64,000 bases of DNA from Oscillospiraceae bacterium (GCA_902792985.1 CADBBT010000004.1:55235-119234), one strand, 5' to 3'; numbered from the stretch's first letter, positions 15,806 through 26,364 are shown. The notes: generated by a model not told the origin, from the sequence alone. Program-made: numbers and translations.

Positions 15806-17989
15806 ATGTTCCCTGAATTCAGAAAATTCGAAACGACCCTCGCCGGTCGTCCCCTTGTTGTGGAAACCGGCAAAATGGCAGGCCTCGCCGGCGGCTCCTG
15901 CCTGATCCGTTATGGTGAAACGGAGATCCTCTGCACCGCGACCATGTCCGCCAAGCCCCGTGAGGGCGTGGATTTCTTCCCGCTTTCCGTGGACTTTGAA
16001 GAAAAGCTGTATTCCGTGGGCAAGATCCCCGGTTCCTTCCAGCGCAGAGAAGGCCGCGCCAGCGAAAAGGCGACGCTTTGCTCTCGCGTGATCGACCGTC
16101 CGATCCGCCCGCTGTTCCCGAAGGATATGCGCAACGACGTCGGCGTTGTCGCCACCGTGATGAGCGTGGATCCCGACTGCCTGCCTGAGATCACCGCCAT
16201 GATCGGCGTGTCGATCGCCATCTCCATCTCCGACATCCCGTGGGACGGCCCGATCTCGGGTGTGTCCGTGGGCCTTGTGGACGGAAAATTCGTCATCAAT
16301 CCGACCGAGGAAGAGCGCGACCGCAGCGAAATGGCTGTCACCGTTGCTTCCACCTCCGATCTGGTCGCCATGATCGAAGCCGGCGCGAAGGAAGTCGATA
16401 ACGAAACGATGTTCGAAGGCATCATGTATGCCCACAAGGTCAACCAGGAGATCGTTGAGTTCATCAAGGGCATCCAGAAGGAAGTCGGCAAGGAAAAGAT
16501 CCCGTTCGAATCCCAGGATCCCGATCCGGCGATGTTCGAAGAGATCAAGAGCTTTGCCATCGACATGGTCAAGGAAGCGCTCGACACAGACGACAAGCGC
16601 ATCCGCGACGAGCGCCTCAAGCCCGTTTATGCCGCTGTGCATGAAAAATATGACGAAGTTTATCCCGAAGAGATCGCAAAGATCGACGACTGCATGTATA
16701 AGCTGCAAAAGTTTGTCGTGCGCCGCTGGCTGCTCGATGAGGGCAAGCGTGTGGACGGCCGCGGCATCAACGATATGCGTCCGCTGGACGCCGAGATCGA
16801 CCTGCTTTCCCGTGTCCACGGTTCCGGTATGTTTACCCGCGGTCAGACCCAGGTGCTCACCGTGACCACGCTCGGCACCATGAGCGACGCGCAGCTGCTG
16901 GACGGCCTTGACAAGGAAGACAGCAAGCGCTATATGCACCATTACAACTTCCCGTCCTATTCCGTCGGCGAAACCCGTCCGTCGCGCGGCCCGGGCAGAC
17001 GTGAGATCGGTCACGGCGCCCTTGCAGAGCGTGCGCTTCTGCCGGTGATCCCCTCGGTGGAGGAATTCCCGTATACCTTGCGTCTGGTGAGCGAAGTGCT
17101 CTCCTCCAACGGTTCCACCTCGCAGGCTTCCGTCTGCGGATCCACGCTGTCGCTGATGGCGGCCGGCGTGCCGATCAAAGCGCCTGTGGCCGGTATCTCC
17201 TGCGGTCTGATCACCGAAGGCGACCGCTTCATGACGATGGTCGACATCCAGGGCCTTGAGGATTTCTTCGGCGACATGGACTTCAAAGTTGCCGGCACAA
17301 AGAACGGTATCACTGCCATCCAGATGGACCTGAAGATCCACGGCCTGACGCCGGAGATCATCAAGGAAGCGCTTGAAAAGACCTATGTTGCCCGCTGCAA
17401 GATCCTCGATGAGGTCATGCTGCCGTGCATCGCCGAGCCGCGCAAGGAACTTTCCAAGTACGCGCCGAAGATGCTCACGACCAAGATCGACGTCGAAAAG
17501 ATCGCCGACGTCATCGGCAAGCAGGGCAAGGTCATCCAGAAGATCTGTGCCGAATGCAACTGCAAGATCGACGTGGAAGAAGACGGAACGATCTTTGTCT
17601 CCTCTCTGTCGCTTGAGGATGCGCAGCGTGCGCTGACCATCATTGAAACGATCGCAAAGGATCCCGAGATCGGCGCGATCTATCGCGGCATTGTGACCCG
17701 TCTGATGACGTTTGGCGCGTTCGTTGAGATCGCTCCGGGCAAAGAGGGTCTGGTGCACATCAGTAAGCTTGACGTCAAGCGTGTGGATAAGGTCGAGGAT
17801 TGCGTCAACGTCGGCGATGAAGTGATCGTGAAGGTCACCGAGATCGACGATCAGGGCCGCCTGAACCTGTCCCGCCGCGACGCACTGATCGAAATTGAAG
17901 GGCTGACACCGGAGAATGACGACGAAGCACCGCGCAAACCACGTCGTGACGGTGGTAACCGCAGAAGAAACAACAATCGACACAACTGA
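15806..17989 (+). CDS. pnp: polyribonucleotide nucleotidyltransferase (PNPase)
   Basis: 727 aa with two RNase PH domains, KH and S1 (GIVTRLMTFGAFVEI) domains, and a basic tail. Confidence 0.95.
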   Translation: MFPEFRKFETTLAGRPLVVETGKMAGLAGGSCLIRYGETEILCTATMSAKPREGVDFFPLSVDFEEKLYSVGKIPGSFQRREGRASEKATLCSRVIDRPIRPLFPKDMRNDVGVVATVMSVDPDCLPEITAMIGVSIAISISDIPWDGPISGVSVGLVDGKFVINPTEEERDRSEMAVTVASTSDLVAMIEAGAKEVDNETMFEGIMYAHKVNQEIVEFIKGIQKEVGKEKIPFESQDPDPAMFEEIKSFAIDMVKEALDTDDKRIRDERLKPVYAAVHEKYDEVYPEEIAKIDDCMYKLQKFVVRRWLLDEGKRVDGRGINDMRPLDAEIDLLSRVHGSGMFTRGQTQVLTVTTLGTMSDAQLLDGLDKEDSKRYMHHYNFPSYSVGETRPSRGPGRREIGHGALAERALLPVIPSVEEFPYTLRLVSEVLSSNGSTSQASVCGSTLSLMAAGVPIKAPVAGISCGLITEGDRFMTMVDIQGLEDFFGDMDFKVAGTKNGITAIQMDLKIHGLTPEIIKEALEKTYVARCKILDEVMLPCIAEPRKELSKYAPKMLTTKIDVEKIADVIGKQGKVIQKICAECNCKIDVEEDGTIFVSSLSLEDAQRALTIIETIAKDPEIGAIYRGIVTRLMTFGAFVEIAPGKEGLVHISKLDVKRVDKVEDCVNVGDEVIVKVTEIDDQGRLNLSRRDALIEIEGLTPENDDEAPRKPRRDGGNRRRNNNRHN

Positions 17990-17997
17990 GAAAAACG

Positions 17998-18024
17998 GGT
18001 GCGCGGACAGCGCACCTTTTTTTT
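17998..18024 (+). terminator. pnp terminator
   Basis: GGTGCGC GGACA GCGCACC followed by T8. Confidence 0.75.
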
Positions 18025-18055
18025 GGAATTTCGCATTTTTCCCAGGAGGTTCCCC

Positions 18056-18664
18056 ATGAAACAAAAAAACATCTTCTTTCTGACGCTTTCCGCTGTGTTC
18101 ATCGCCATCATCGCTGTGATGTCGTTCACACCGGTCGGCTATCTCAAGATCGGCATCGTGGAAATCACGCTGCTCGTTGCGCCTGTGGTTGCCGGCGGCA
18201 TTCTGCTCGGCAGATGGGGCGGTCTTTTGCTCGGCGCCGCTTTCGGCATTTCCAGCTTTTTGCAGTGCTTCGGCATGAGCACGTTCGGCGCGACGATGCT
18301 GTCGATCAACCCTGTGTTCACCGCGATCGTTTGTCTTTTGCCGCGTCTTGCGCTTGGCTTTTGTGCGGTCTGGCTGTTTGAGGCGCTTTCCAAAAAGAAT
18401 GTTCCCTCGCCGGTCAGCGGTGCGCTCAGCTTTTTGTGCGGTTCGCTGATGAACACCGTGCTGTTTGTCGGCTTGTTCGTGCTTTTGTTCGGCAAAACCG
18501 AGTATGTGGCGACCCTCATGGAAAGCATGGGCGCAAAGAGCCTGCTGGCGTTTGCGGCGGCGTTTGCCGGTATGAACTCGTTGATCGAGGCGGCGGCAAA
18601 CGCGGTGCTTGGCGCGGCGCTGACGCCGATTTTGCTCAAACTGAAAAAGCGTGCGCGCGCCTGA
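18056..18664 (+). CDS. ECF transporter S component (substrate unassigned)
   Basis: Polytopic 202-aa protein. AGGAGG SD precedes the ATG at 18056. Size and helix pattern are typical of ECF S units. Confidence 0.6.
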   Translation: MKQKNIFFLTLSAVFIAIIAVMSFTPVGYLKIGIVEITLLVAPVVAGGILLGRWGGLLLGAAFGISSFLQCFGMSTFGATMLSINPVFTAIVCLLPRLALGFCAVWLFEALSKKNVPSPVSGALSFLCGSLMNTVLFVGLFVLLFGKTEYVATLMESMGAKSLLAFAAAFAGMNSLIEAAANAVLGAALTPILLKLKKRARA

Positions 18665-18768
18665 AGATATTGACAGAAGAAGAAAAAACCCATATAATGT
18701 TCTTATGGAACCTTATGTGGGTTTTGTTGTTTTGAAAACCTCTCATCTGAAAGCGGAGGGAAGAAACG

Positions 18769-20283
18769 ATGGGAAAACTGAAAACCTTTCTGAACAGTCC
18801 GATCATCAAAAAGGACGTCGGCGAAGAGACGGTTCTGAGCTGGAAAGAAACGCTCTCCTACGCGCTCGGCCGCGGAGCGCAGGGCATGAACACGGGCATG
18901 ACGTCCTCCAAATATGTCAACTACTTTTTGACGAATGTGCTCTTTTCGCGGCTGGAGCGCGAACGCGGCGCCGGAAGCTCGATGAAGGTCGCCGGTCGCA
19001 TCCGCTTTTACTGCGGGATCTTTGACGCGATCAACGACCCCGTCATGGGCGTTATCGTTGACCGCACGCGCACAAAGAACGGACAGATGCGCCCGTATAT
19101 CAAATGGGCGCCGCTGTTTGTGGCGCTTGTTATGGTGTTGTTCTTTCTGGGCTCTTCGAATCTGCCGACCTGGTTCAACATCGCCTACACGACGATTCTG
19201 TTTGTGCTGCTCGACGTGACCTATACGGCGTTCGACATTCCGATGGGGGCGCTCGCGTTTTCGATCACGCCCAGCGGTATCGAGCGCACAAAGCTGTTCG
19301 GCGTTTCGTCCATCGTGCGCTCCGTCGGCGGCGCGATCCCGATGGTCTTTGTGGCGGGTGCCGGTCTGCTGCCGTATTTCAAGGATCACCGGCCGCAGTC
19401 CTATCTCACAAGCGCGATCATCGCCGCGGCGGGCATCATCATTCTCACACGGCTGACCTATGCAAACACCCATGAGCGTGCCGAACACAAAGAGGATGCG
19501 CCGTCTGTGAAGGAATGCTTCCGTCTGCTGTTCAAAAACCGGCCGCTGCTCATGCTTTTTTTGGGAAACATCTTCTTTGTGCTGTGCAAGATCCCGGAAC
19601 AGGTTTCGACCTATTTCGTCTATGATCTGATGAGCAACGACAAATATAACCTTTTTATCGACGTCATCAAATTTCCCGGCAGCCTGATCGCCGCTGTTGC
19701 GGTGCCGATGATCATGGAAAAGCTCGGCCGCCGCGCCGACCCAAAAAAGTTTTATCAGGCCTGCTGTGTGCTTGCCATCGCGCTCAGCGCGCTGTTTGCG
19801 CTGACGACCTGCAAGGGGCTGCTCGGCAAGGAAAACGGCGCGTCCGTCTCGCTGTTTACCGGTGTGCTTGTTGTGCTGTTCACCGGTTTGCTCGCCATCC
19901 CGATGGAGTTCAAGAACCTCATCCAAAAGGAGATGGAGGCCGAGACGGTGGATTATATCGAATACAAGACCGGCACGCGTGTGGAGGGCGTCATGCTGTC
20001 CATCATGTCGTTTACCGGAAAGATCGAAAACACGTTTTCCTCCACGATCGGTCTGCGGGTGCTCGGTCTGACCGGCTACATCAGCCATGAGGAGGGCTCC
20101 ATTGCACAAAACGCGGCAACAAACAAGGCGCTGTTTCTGATGACCGTCCTTGTGCCCGCGCTGGGTTATCTGCTCATGCTGCTGCCGATGCATTTTTACA
20201 ATATCACCGGTGAGAGCCATCGCAAGATGATGGAAGAGATCAAGGAACGCCGCGCGGCGCTGGCCGCAGAACAGGAGGCTTAA
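18769..20283 (+). CDS. GPH-family (MelB-like) glycoside/cation symporter
   Basis: 12-TM protein with the DRTRTKNGQMRPY signature loop. Confidence 0.75.
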   Translation: MGKLKTFLNSPIIKKDVGEETVLSWKETLSYALGRGAQGMNTGMTSSKYVNYFLTNVLFSRLERERGAGSSMKVAGRIRFYCGIFDAINDPVMGVIVDRTRTKNGQMRPYIKWAPLFVALVMVLFFLGSSNLPTWFNIAYTTILFVLLDVTYTAFDIPMGALAFSITPSGIERTKLFGVSSIVRSVGGAIPMVFVAGAGLLPYFKDHRPQSYLTSAIIAAAGIIILTRLTYANTHERAEHKEDAPSVKECFRLLFKNRPLLMLFLGNIFFVLCKIPEQVSTYFVYDLMSNDKYNLFIDVIKFPGSLIAAVAVPMIMEKLGRRADPKKFYQACCVLAIALSALFALTTCKGLLGKENGASVSLFTGVLVVLFTGLLAIPMEFKNLIQKEMEAETVDYIEYKTGTRVEGVMLSIMSFTGKIENTFSSTIGLRVLGLTGYISHEEGSIAQNAATNKALFLMTVLVPALGYLLMLLPMHFYNITGESHRKMMEEIKERRAALAAEQEA

Positions 20284-20284
20284 C

Positions 20285-21658
20285 ATGAAAGAAACAAAGC
20301 TCGTTTTCATTGCGGACACCCATTATTTTTCGCCCTCGCTTGCCGACGGCGGCAGAGCGTACTATCTTCGCAGCGGCTCGGATCAGAAATGCCTGCTCGA
20401 AACCGGCGCGATCATTGACGCGGCGTTTGCAGAGATTGCAAACAGCGACGCGGACGCCGTTTTGCTGGCCGGCGACATCACGAACGACGGCGAGCGCGTC
20501 TGCCACGAAGAAATGCGCGAGAAGCTCTATGCGCTGCAAAAGAAAAAGGACGTTTTTGTGATCACCGCCACACACGACTGGTGCTGCGACGGCAATCCGC
20601 GCAAGTTCGTCGGCAACGCGGTCTATCACGATGTGCCCGTCATGGGGCATGAGGAGCTGCGCGACTTTTACTTTGATTTCGGGCCGCGTCAGGCAAACAG
20701 CGAATTCATCACCCACCTCGGCACCTGCTCTTATACCGTGGATGTCGGCGAAAACGTGCGCATCCTTGCGCTCAACGACGACCAGAACGGGAGCGGCTCT
20801 GCCGGCTTTTCCGAGCCGCATTTTCAGTGGATCGAAGCGCAGATCGCACAGGCGAAGACGGACGGAAAAGTGCTCATCGGCATGGAGCACCATCTGCTGA
20901 TGACGCATGTACATCCGATGATCACCGGTGTGGGCAGCACTTGTGTCGGCGACCGGGAAGCGGTTGCGTCGCGTTTGGCGGATGCCGGACTGCGCTATAT
21001 GTTTGTCGGCCATTCCCACATCCAGTGCATCGGTGCGTTTACCTCCGCAAAGGGCAACACGATCACGGAGGTCAACGTCGGCGCGCTTGTCGGCTACCCC
21101 GCACCGATGGTGTATGTTACGGTTACGGACGCCGGGTTGAAGATCGATGTGAAAACGCTGAAAAGCTTTACGTTTGAAGGTAAAACGATCGACGCACAGC
21201 CGTATCTTGCTGCGCACGCCACAGCGCTGATCGACCGCCTTGTGGAGGGCGCCGCACTGACAAAGCGGGAATTCACCGACCGTCTGTGCGCCATGGGACT
21301 CAAGGGCGAAAACTTTGAAAAGCTCTACTACCCGCTGCACCCGATCGCACGGCTCTATTTCAAGGCGACGGCGAACACAGTGTATCGGCTGCTGTGCGCG
21401 CTGGGCTGCAAAAGCTATATCGACCGCGCAGCATTGGCAAAATTCAAGGACAAGCCGCTGCAGGAATTCGTGGGCGAAACCTGGCTGTCCATTCTTGATG
21501 CGCAAGGAAAGGGCGTAGACGACAAGGCGTACTATCAGCTTGTGATGGGCGTCGCAAACGCGCTTGTGCATCTGAAGCGCTGTGCTCTCACACTCGATCT
21601 GCGCGACGCGCTGAACAGCATTTTGCTCGGCGAAAGCTTCAAAGACGCCGTGCTTTGA
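20285..21658 (+). CDS. metallophosphoesterase family protein
   Basis: FIADTHY, LLAGDITNDGE and VGHSH motifs. The gene is tightly packed behind the symporter gene. Confidence 0.75.
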   Translation: MKETKLVFIADTHYFSPSLADGGRAYYLRSGSDQKCLLETGAIIDAAFAEIANSDADAVLLAGDITNDGERVCHEEMREKLYALQKKKDVFVITATHDWCCDGNPRKFVGNAVYHDVPVMGHEELRDFYFDFGPRQANSEFITHLGTCSYTVDVGENVRILALNDDQNGSGSAGFSEPHFQWIEAQIAQAKTDGKVLIGMEHHLLMTHVHPMITGVGSTCVGDREAVASRLADAGLRYMFVGHSHIQCIGAFTSAKGNTITEVNVGALVGYPAPMVYVTVTDAGLKIDVKTLKSFTFEGKTIDAQPYLAAHATALIDRLVEGAALTKREFTDRLCAMGLKGENFEKLYYPLHPIARLYFKATANTVYRLLCALGCKSYIDRAALAKFKDKPLQEFVGETWLSILDAQGKGVDDKAYYQLVMGVANALVHLKRCALTLDLRDALNSILLGESFKDAVL

Positions 21659-21670
21659 GGAGGTCGGAAC

Positions 21671-22054
21671 ATGACACAGGTGGTCGCTGCGCTGATCCGC
21701 GAAGGCGAACGGTTTTTGATCTTTCAGCGCCCGGCGCATAAGACACGCGGATTGCTGTGGGAATTCGTCGGCGGCAAGGTCGAACCCGGAGAGAGCAAAG
21801 AAGAAGCCCTTCGCCGCGAATGCCGCGAGGAGCTGGGCGTGGAGGTCGCTGTGGGCGACGTGTTCATGGAAGTCGTGCACGATTATCCCGATATGACGGT
21901 GGAGCTGACGCTTTTCAATGCAAAGATCGTCTCCGGCATGCCGCAAAAACTGGAACACGCCGACATCCGTTCGATCACGGTCGATGAGATCGACAATTAC
22001 GACTTCTGTCCCGCGGATGTTGAAATCTTGAAAAAGATTCGAGCGTCTTTTTAA
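21671..22054 (+). CDS. NUDIX hydrolase (MutT-like)
   Basis: Nudix box GGKVEPGESKEEALRRECREELGV. Confidence 0.85.
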   Translation: MTQVVAALIREGERFLIFQRPAHKTRGLLWEFVGGKVEPGESKEEALRRECREELGVEVAVGDVFMEVVHDYPDMTVELTLFNAKIVSGMPQKLEHADIRSITVDEIDNYDFCPADVEILKKIRASF

Positions 22055-22096
22055 AAAAGCGCCGTGGATTCACGATCCACGGCGTACATTTTTTAT

Positions 22097-22753
22097 TCAG
22101 ATTACTGCGTTTTTTCCGCTGCCCACCTCAAAGTGATACTTCACGATTCCCAGATCGACGTTGCTGTATACGCCGCCGGTGGCTTTGATCGTGACGGTTT
22201 CGCCGTTGCGGATGAAACGGAACTTTTGCTGGTTGACTGCTGTCGGCGCCTTCAGTGCAGCTTCAACGCCTGCGATGAACCAGTCCGGCGCGTCGGTGAG
22301 GTCGGCAACATCTGCCGCCGCTTTGGTCGGGCGCGTGTGGCCCTGCGTTGCGCCGTAGCCCAGCGAGATCACGAGCGCGAGCTTTTCGCCTTTGTCGACC
22401 ACAGCCTTGCACTTGCGTTTGCTGAATGTCAGCGCGACCCAGCAGGTGTTGAGGCCGAGCTGCTGTGCTTTGAGCACGATCTGCTCGCCGTAGTAACCGA
22501 CCTGCTCGCCGAGCGTTTTGCTCTTTTTGCCGACCAGGGCAATGTAGTTGGTTGCGCCGGTGAAATGGCCGTAGTTCGCCAAGGCACCGGTGAAAGCTTC
22601 GGGCTCGTCGGTGATGAGCTGAATGTGCAGCCCGCTCTCTTCGTTGCAGCGGTCGATCTCCTGCTGCAGCGCCTGTTTTTTCTCCGGCTCAATGGGCTTT
22701 TCAAGATAACGGCGCACACTGTGGCGCGCGTCGATTGCTTCGAGTAAGGTCAT
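22097..22753 (-). CDS. nitroreductase family protein
   Basis: LEAIDARHSVRRY N-terminal motif. Its ATG overlaps the thiN stop (ATGA). Confidence 0.8.
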   Translation of the reverse strand: MTLLEAIDARHSVRRYLEKPIEPEKKQALQQEIDRCNEESGLHIQLITDEPEAFTGALANYGHFTGATNYIALVGKKSKTLGEQVGYYGEQIVLKAQQLGLNTCWVALTFSKRKCKAVVDKGEKLALVISLGYGATQGHTRPTKAAADVADLTDAPDWFIAGVEAALKAPTAVNQQKFRFIRNGETVTIKATGGVYSNVDLGIVKYHFEVGSGKNAVI

Positions 22754-23370
22754 GTGACAGGCTCCTTCCATGTGATGAGTAAAATGCCGTCGCGCACACT
22801 GATCTCGCCCGCCTTTCCGCAAAAGGTGTTGCTCGCACCCAGAGAAGTGTGGTTGTTCAGTGTAACATCTTCGGCTTCATAGCGAAAGTTTTTGATCGTG
22901 ACGCCGCTGCTTTCGTCCGTCAGCGAAAATACGCCGATGCTGCCCGTCAGCGATTCGTCAAAGGTACGCGTTTCATTGTGAATGGCGGTGATATGGGTGC
23001 CGTCTGTGCCGATGAGCGTTCCGCGGCAGCCGCACACGCAAAGATGATGCAAAAGCTGGATATTGGCAAAGGTGTGGTCAAACCGCCCGCCGAGCCCGCC
23101 GTAGATCAAAAACTCGGTGCAGCCCTGCGCCATTCCGTAATCTGCGGCAAGGAAAGAATCGGTCTCGTCCTTCGCAACGGGGTGCACGCGGACGTTTTCA
23201 CCCTGCGGGATCATGCCGAAGGAATCGAAGTCGCCGACGATGAGAGCGGGAGAGATGCCCTGCTTTTTTGCGTGCGCAAGGCCGCCGTCGGCGCAGATGA
23301 CAAAGCTGTCGGGCGGGACTGTGATGCGTCCGACCTCCCCGGCACAGATGATGGTGCAGTGTTTGAACAT
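22750..23370 (-). CDS. thiN: thiamine diphosphokinase
   Basis: ADGG...VGDFDS motif followed by the C-terminal thiamine-binding beta domain. Confidence 0.8.
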   Translation of the reverse strand: MFKHCTIICAGEVGRITVPPDSFVICADGGLAHAKKQGISPALIVGDFDSFGMIPQGENVRVHPVAKDETDSFLAADYGMAQGCTEFLIYGGLGGRFDHTFANIQLLHHLCVCGCRGTLIGTDGTHITAIHNETRTFDESLTGSIGVFSLTDESSGVTIKNFRYEAEDVTLNNHTSLGASNTFCGKAGEISVRDGILLITWKEPVT

Positions 23371-23393
23371 CCAAGGTCTCTCCTTTCGTTTCT

Positions 23394-23422
23394 ATTATAT
23401 ATAGCGCATTTCTTTTTGTCAA
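23394..23422 (-). promoter_or_regulatory. promoter of the thiN-nitroreductase operon
   Basis: Minus strand TTGACA, 17 nt, then TATAAT. Confidence 0.7.
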
Positions 23423-23431
23423 GAACGCCCC

Positions 23432-23460
23432 TTGACGAAACGGCGCGGTTATGCTATAGT
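23432..23460 (+). promoter_or_regulatory. promoter of the ArsC-family gene
   Basis: TTGACG, 17 nt, then TATAGT. Confidence 0.65.
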
Positions 23461-23491
23461 TTTAGGCAGCAAAGAATAAGGGGGCGCGGCC

Positions 23492-23836
23492 ATGAACATT
23501 CAGATCTACGGCACGGCGAAAAGCTTTGACACCAAAAAAGCCCAGCGCTTTTTCAAGGAGCGGGGCATCAAATTCCAGTTCATCGACCTTGCAAAGTTCG
23601 GCATGAGCAAAGGGGAGCTGCGCTCGATCCGCACGGCGCTGAAATGCTCGGTGGAGGATCTGATCGACGAAAAGAGCAAAGCGCAGGAGGTCACGCTGAT
23701 CAAATATCTCGCGGGTGAGGATGCGAAGGAAGAAAAACTGCTGGAGCATCAGACATTGTTCAAAATGCCGATCGTGCGCAACGGCAAGCAGGCGACTGTC
23801 GGTGATTGCCCCGACGTCTGGAAAACATGGGAGTGA
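23492..23836 (+). CDS. ArsC/Spx/MgsR-family protein lacking the N-terminal CxxC
   Basis: IQIYGTAKSFDTKKAQRFFKERGI aligns with the family N-terminus, but the Cys residues are replaced. Confidence 0.6.
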   Translation: MNIQIYGTAKSFDTKKAQRFFKERGIKFQFIDLAKFGMSKGELRSIRTALKCSVEDLIDEKSKAQEVTLIKYLAGEDAKEEKLLEHQTLFKMPIVRNGKQATVGDCPDVWKTWE

Positions 23837-23843
23837 GAAAAAC

Positions 23844-24056
23844 ATGGTAACACAAGCACAGATCGACCGCATCAACGAACTGGCGCGCAAGGCCAAAACG
23901 CCGCAGGGGCTGACCGACGAGGAGCGCGACGAGCAAAAAATGCTGCGCGAACTCTACATCGCATCGTTCCGCGAAAGCCTGGTCGCAAACCTTGAAAACA
24001 CCTACATCATCGACGAGCACGGCAAAAAGCGCAAGGTGCAGAAGCGTAAAAAATGA
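23844..24056 (+). CDS. DUF896 (UPF0291, YnzC-like) small protein
   Basis: 70 aa, QIDRINELARKAKT.GLTDEE..EQ..LR..Y. I chose the internal ATG at 23844. Confidence 0.7.
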   Translation: MVTQAQIDRINELARKAKTPQGLTDEERDEQKMLRELYIASFRESLVANLENTYIIDEHGKKRKVQKRKK

Positions 24057-24057
24057 G

Positions 24058-25284
24058 TTATACCACCTGAAACAGATAGAATTTCAAATAGTCCGTCTCC
24101 GGCACATTCCAAAGGATCGGATGGTCGGGTGCCTGTTGGCGCGCTTCGATCTGCCGCAGGGAAACGCCCGCGTCCGCCGCGGCGCTGTGCAGCATTTGGC
24201 GAAACAGGGCGTCGGTCATAAAGTGCGAGCATGAGCAGGTGGCAAGGTAGCCGCCGCGCGGGAGCAGCTTCATCGCCTTGAGGTTGATCTCCTTGTAGCC
24301 GCGCATGGCGCTTTTGACGGTACTGCTGCTCTTTGTGAACGCCGGCGGGTCGAGGATGATATAGTCATACGGGCTGTTGCCGTCCGCGTGGAGCTTTGTC
24401 AAAAGATCGAACACGTTCGCGCACTGCACATCCACATTGTCAAAGCCGTTTCTTTGCGCATTGGCACGGGTGTGCATGACAGCTTCTTCGGAGATGTCCA
24501 CCGCCGTGACATGCTTTGCGCCCATCTTTGCGCAGTTCAGCGCAAACGCGCCGGTGTGGGTAAAACAATCGAGCACCGTCTTGCCTGCCGCGAGCTTTCC
24601 GGCAGCGAGGCGGTTATATTTTTGGTCAAGGAAAAAGCCGGTCTTTTGCCCGTGCATGTAGTCCACTTCGTAGTCGATGCCGTTTTCTGTGAGGATCAGC
24701 GTGCCGGGAAGGTCTGTTGCAAGGCCGGGCGAATCAAAAAAGCCGGTGGATTGCGCGAGCCCTTCTTTTTCGCGGATGGCAACATCGTTGCGCTCAAAAA
24801 TCGCGCGGATCGGCGCGCCCAATTCCGCAAGGATCTGCGCCATCAGCGGAAAGATCACACCCTTGCGCTGTTCGATGCCGAGCGAAAGCGTCTGTGTGAC
24901 CAGCACATCGCCGAAACGGTCCACTGTGAGTCCCGGAAAGCCGTCCGCTTCGCCGAAGATCAGCCGGCAGCAGGGAAAGTCGCTGCCCATGACGGCTTTG
25001 CGGTAGTCGAAGCTATAGCGAAGCCGCCGCGCAAAAAAAGCAGCGTCAAAGGTGTCGTTGGCGTTTTTGGATAGAATGCGTACGCGGATTTTGGAATTGT
25101 CGTTGTAAAAACCGGTGCCGAGGTAACGCCCTTTGGTGTTCACCACATCCACCAGATCGCCGTTGCTGCATGCGCCCTGCAGGTCCGTCACTTCCGCGTC
25201 AAAGACCCAGACGCGCCCTTCTTTGAGAAAGCGCTCGCCCTTGGGTGTGACAGTCACCACGGGAAAGCTGCGGTTTGTTTTCAT
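24058..25284 (-). CDS. RlmI-like class I SAM-dependent rRNA (m5C) methyltransferase
   Basis: N-terminal PUA-like region, VLDCFTHTGAFAL SAM motif and DPPAF motif. Confidence 0.8.
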   Translation of the reverse strand: MKTNRSFPVVTVTPKGERFLKEGRVWVFDAEVTDLQGACSNGDLVDVVNTKGRYLGTGFYNDNSKIRVRILSKNANDTFDAAFFARRLRYSFDYRKAVMGSDFPCCRLIFGEADGFPGLTVDRFGDVLVTQTLSLGIEQRKGVIFPLMAQILAELGAPIRAIFERNDVAIREKEGLAQSTGFFDSPGLATDLPGTLILTENGIDYEVDYMHGQKTGFFLDQKYNRLAAGKLAAGKTVLDCFTHTGAFALNCAKMGAKHVTAVDISEEAVMHTRANAQRNGFDNVDVQCANVFDLLTKLHADGNSPYDYIILDPPAFTKSSSTVKSAMRGYKEINLKAMKLLPRGGYLATCSCSHFMTDALFRQMLHSAAADAGVSLRQIEARQQAPDHPILWNVPETDYLKFYLFQVV

Positions 25285-25407
25285 GAGATCACCCTCTTAT
25301 GGAATGAAAAGAGTATAGCATATTTTTTGCCTTTTGTCATCCGCTTCGGTTGACAAATTTTGTTTTTTCATTATAATAGCACCTATATGAAAGAAAGCGG
25401 TGATCAA

Positions 25408-26184
25408 ATGAAACGATCCAAACCCCTTGCGCTGCTGCTTTGTCTGCTGCTGATGCTCAGCGTGTTTTCTGCCTGCGGCAAAACAAAGACCGAAGGAACA
25501 ACATCTGCGGGCACGTCAACGTCTGCGGCCGAAGCAGAAAAGGAAACAGCCGAAGCTGCAACGAGCACCAAAGGCGAAGGCGACAAAGCGACCGAAAACA
25601 AAGATGCAAAGGATACCAAAGGCGAAAGCGCCGCAGCAACCGAAAACAAAGCAACAGAAACACAGCCTTCTGAGGAGGGCAAAAAGGAGACAACCGATAT
25701 GGAACACACCAAAGTGAAATTCACCATGGAAAACGGCGGCACCTTCACAATGGAGCTGTATCCCGAATACGCCCCGAAGACTGTCGAAAACTTCATCAAA
25801 CTCGTGAAAAGCGGCTATTACAGCGGCACGACCTTCCACCGCATCTATCCTGGCTTTATGGCGCAGGGCGGCGAGGGCGCCGACACCCCGTCCATCAAGG
25901 GCGAGTTCGCGTCCAACGGCTTCAGCCAGAACACACTGAGCCACACGCGCGGCGTGGTGTCGATGGCACGCACGACGGTCAAGGATTCGGCCTCCAGCCA
26001 GTTCTTCATCTGCTATGACGACGCCACCTTCCTTGACGGCGACTACGCCGCATTCGCGAAGGTGATCGACGGCATGGACACTGTGGACGCGTTCTGCGAG
26101 ATCGAGCGCGTGTTCAACGGCATTGACCGTGTGCCGACGTCCCCGGTGGAGGACATCGTGATCCAAAGCGCCGAGATCGTGTAA
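25408..26184 (+). CDS. cyclophilin-type peptidyl-prolyl isomerase lipoprotein
   Basis: MKRSKPLALLLCLLLMLSVFSACG lipobox, a low-complexity linker, and the cyclophilin core (FHRI..GFM.QGG, SMAR). An alternative start lies at 25387. Confidence 0.85.
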   Translation: MKRSKPLALLLCLLLMLSVFSACGKTKTEGTTSAGTSTSAAEAEKETAEAATSTKGEGDKATENKDAKDTKGESAAATENKATETQPSEEGKKETTDMEHTKVKFTMENGGTFTMELYPEYAPKTVENFIKLVKSGYYSGTTFHRIYPGFMAQGGEGADTPSIKGEFASNGFSQNTLSHTRGVVSMARTTVKDSASSQFFICYDDATFLDGDYAAFAKVIDGMDTVDAFCEIERVFNGIDRVPTSPVEDIVIQSAEIV

Positions 26185-26223
26185 CGATTGTCAGGAAAAA
26201 CCAAAAAAAATTGAAAAAAGCCC

Positions 26224-26252
26224 TTGACGAACGGGGGAGTTTGTGCTATGAT
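26224..26252 (+). promoter_or_regulatory. promoter of rpmG-secE-nusG
   Basis: TTGACG, 17 nt, then TATGAT. Confidence 0.6.
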
Positions 26253-26364
26253 AACTCTACCTCTGTCGAGGGCTTTCTTTTTGTGCCGCGAGAGAGGGAG
26301 GCCTGAAAGGTCTTTTGCAAAAGCGAAGGACCGAAAATAATCCAAGTTTAATGGAGGTGCCGTC

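Noticed and set aside
15758-18064. 768-aa ORF antisense to pnp. Similar long antisense ORFs occur at 28238-29764, 47250-49034, 55143-56582, 56315-58177, 18703-20319, 20240-21958 and 41829-43454.
   Set aside because: All lie opposite genes with unambiguous conserved products (PNPase, L1/L10, MetH, GH95, IlvB, the transporter, and others). They are high-GC shadow frames rich in Arg, Gly, His and Ala.
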